NCBI GenBank assembly: GCA_038087875.1
Contig: CM075991.1
Span: 7,814,001-7,878,000 of the forward strand
Source of the DNA: Malacoraja senta
Taxonomy: Eukaryota
Length of the DNA stretch: 64,000 nucleotides
Direction of reading: 5' to 3'
Position 1 is the stretch's first letter. Every line of letters begins with the position of its first letter. The notes below the pieces were generated by a model. It did not search any database and had not been told where the DNA came from. It saw nothing but the letters and a program-made list of their open reading frames with translations. Made by a program: the position numbers and the translations under genes. Shown piece by piece: positions 63,883 through 64,000 of the stretch.

Positions 63883-64000
63883 AGATACATAGAAAATAGG
63901 TGCAGGAGTAGGCCATTCGGCCCTTCGAGCCTGCACCGCCATTCAATGTGATCATGGCTGATCATCCAACTCAGTATCCCGTACCGGCCTTCTCTCCATA
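63883..64000 (-). mobile_element. CR1 3' end, running off the window
   Basis: Near-identical to the tail at 19580-19695. Confidence 0.92.

Overview
This is non-coding, repeat-dense DNA from an elasmobranch, probably a skate or ray (inferred from HE1 V-SINEs with partner CR1/HER1 LINEs). I recognise no host-gene exon, rRNA, true tRNA gene or CRISPR array, so it looks like a large intron or gene desert. Contents: about 30 HE1 SINE copies, CR1 LINEs (three young 1.6-1.9 kb copies, one with an uninterrupted RT frame), Rex1/Babar, L2 and Tx1-like fragments, a solo LTR, a CORE-type SINE, long microsatellites and a 200-N gap. Three systems stand out. (1) Short fold-back elements derived from a Penelope-like element (PLE) carry minimal hammerhead ribozyme motifs, and several are flanked by 12-15 bp target-site duplications (TSDs). 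(2) Ten PIF/Harbinger-type MITEs of about five internal types share the terminus AGGGCCTGTCCCAC; four sit at the same trinucleotide in the tRNA-derived head of different HE1 copies. (3) Three non-autonomous retroposon copies share a G.U-containing hairpin but end in different LINE tails. Family names come from recognising motifs by eye, and boundaries of old repeats are approximate.
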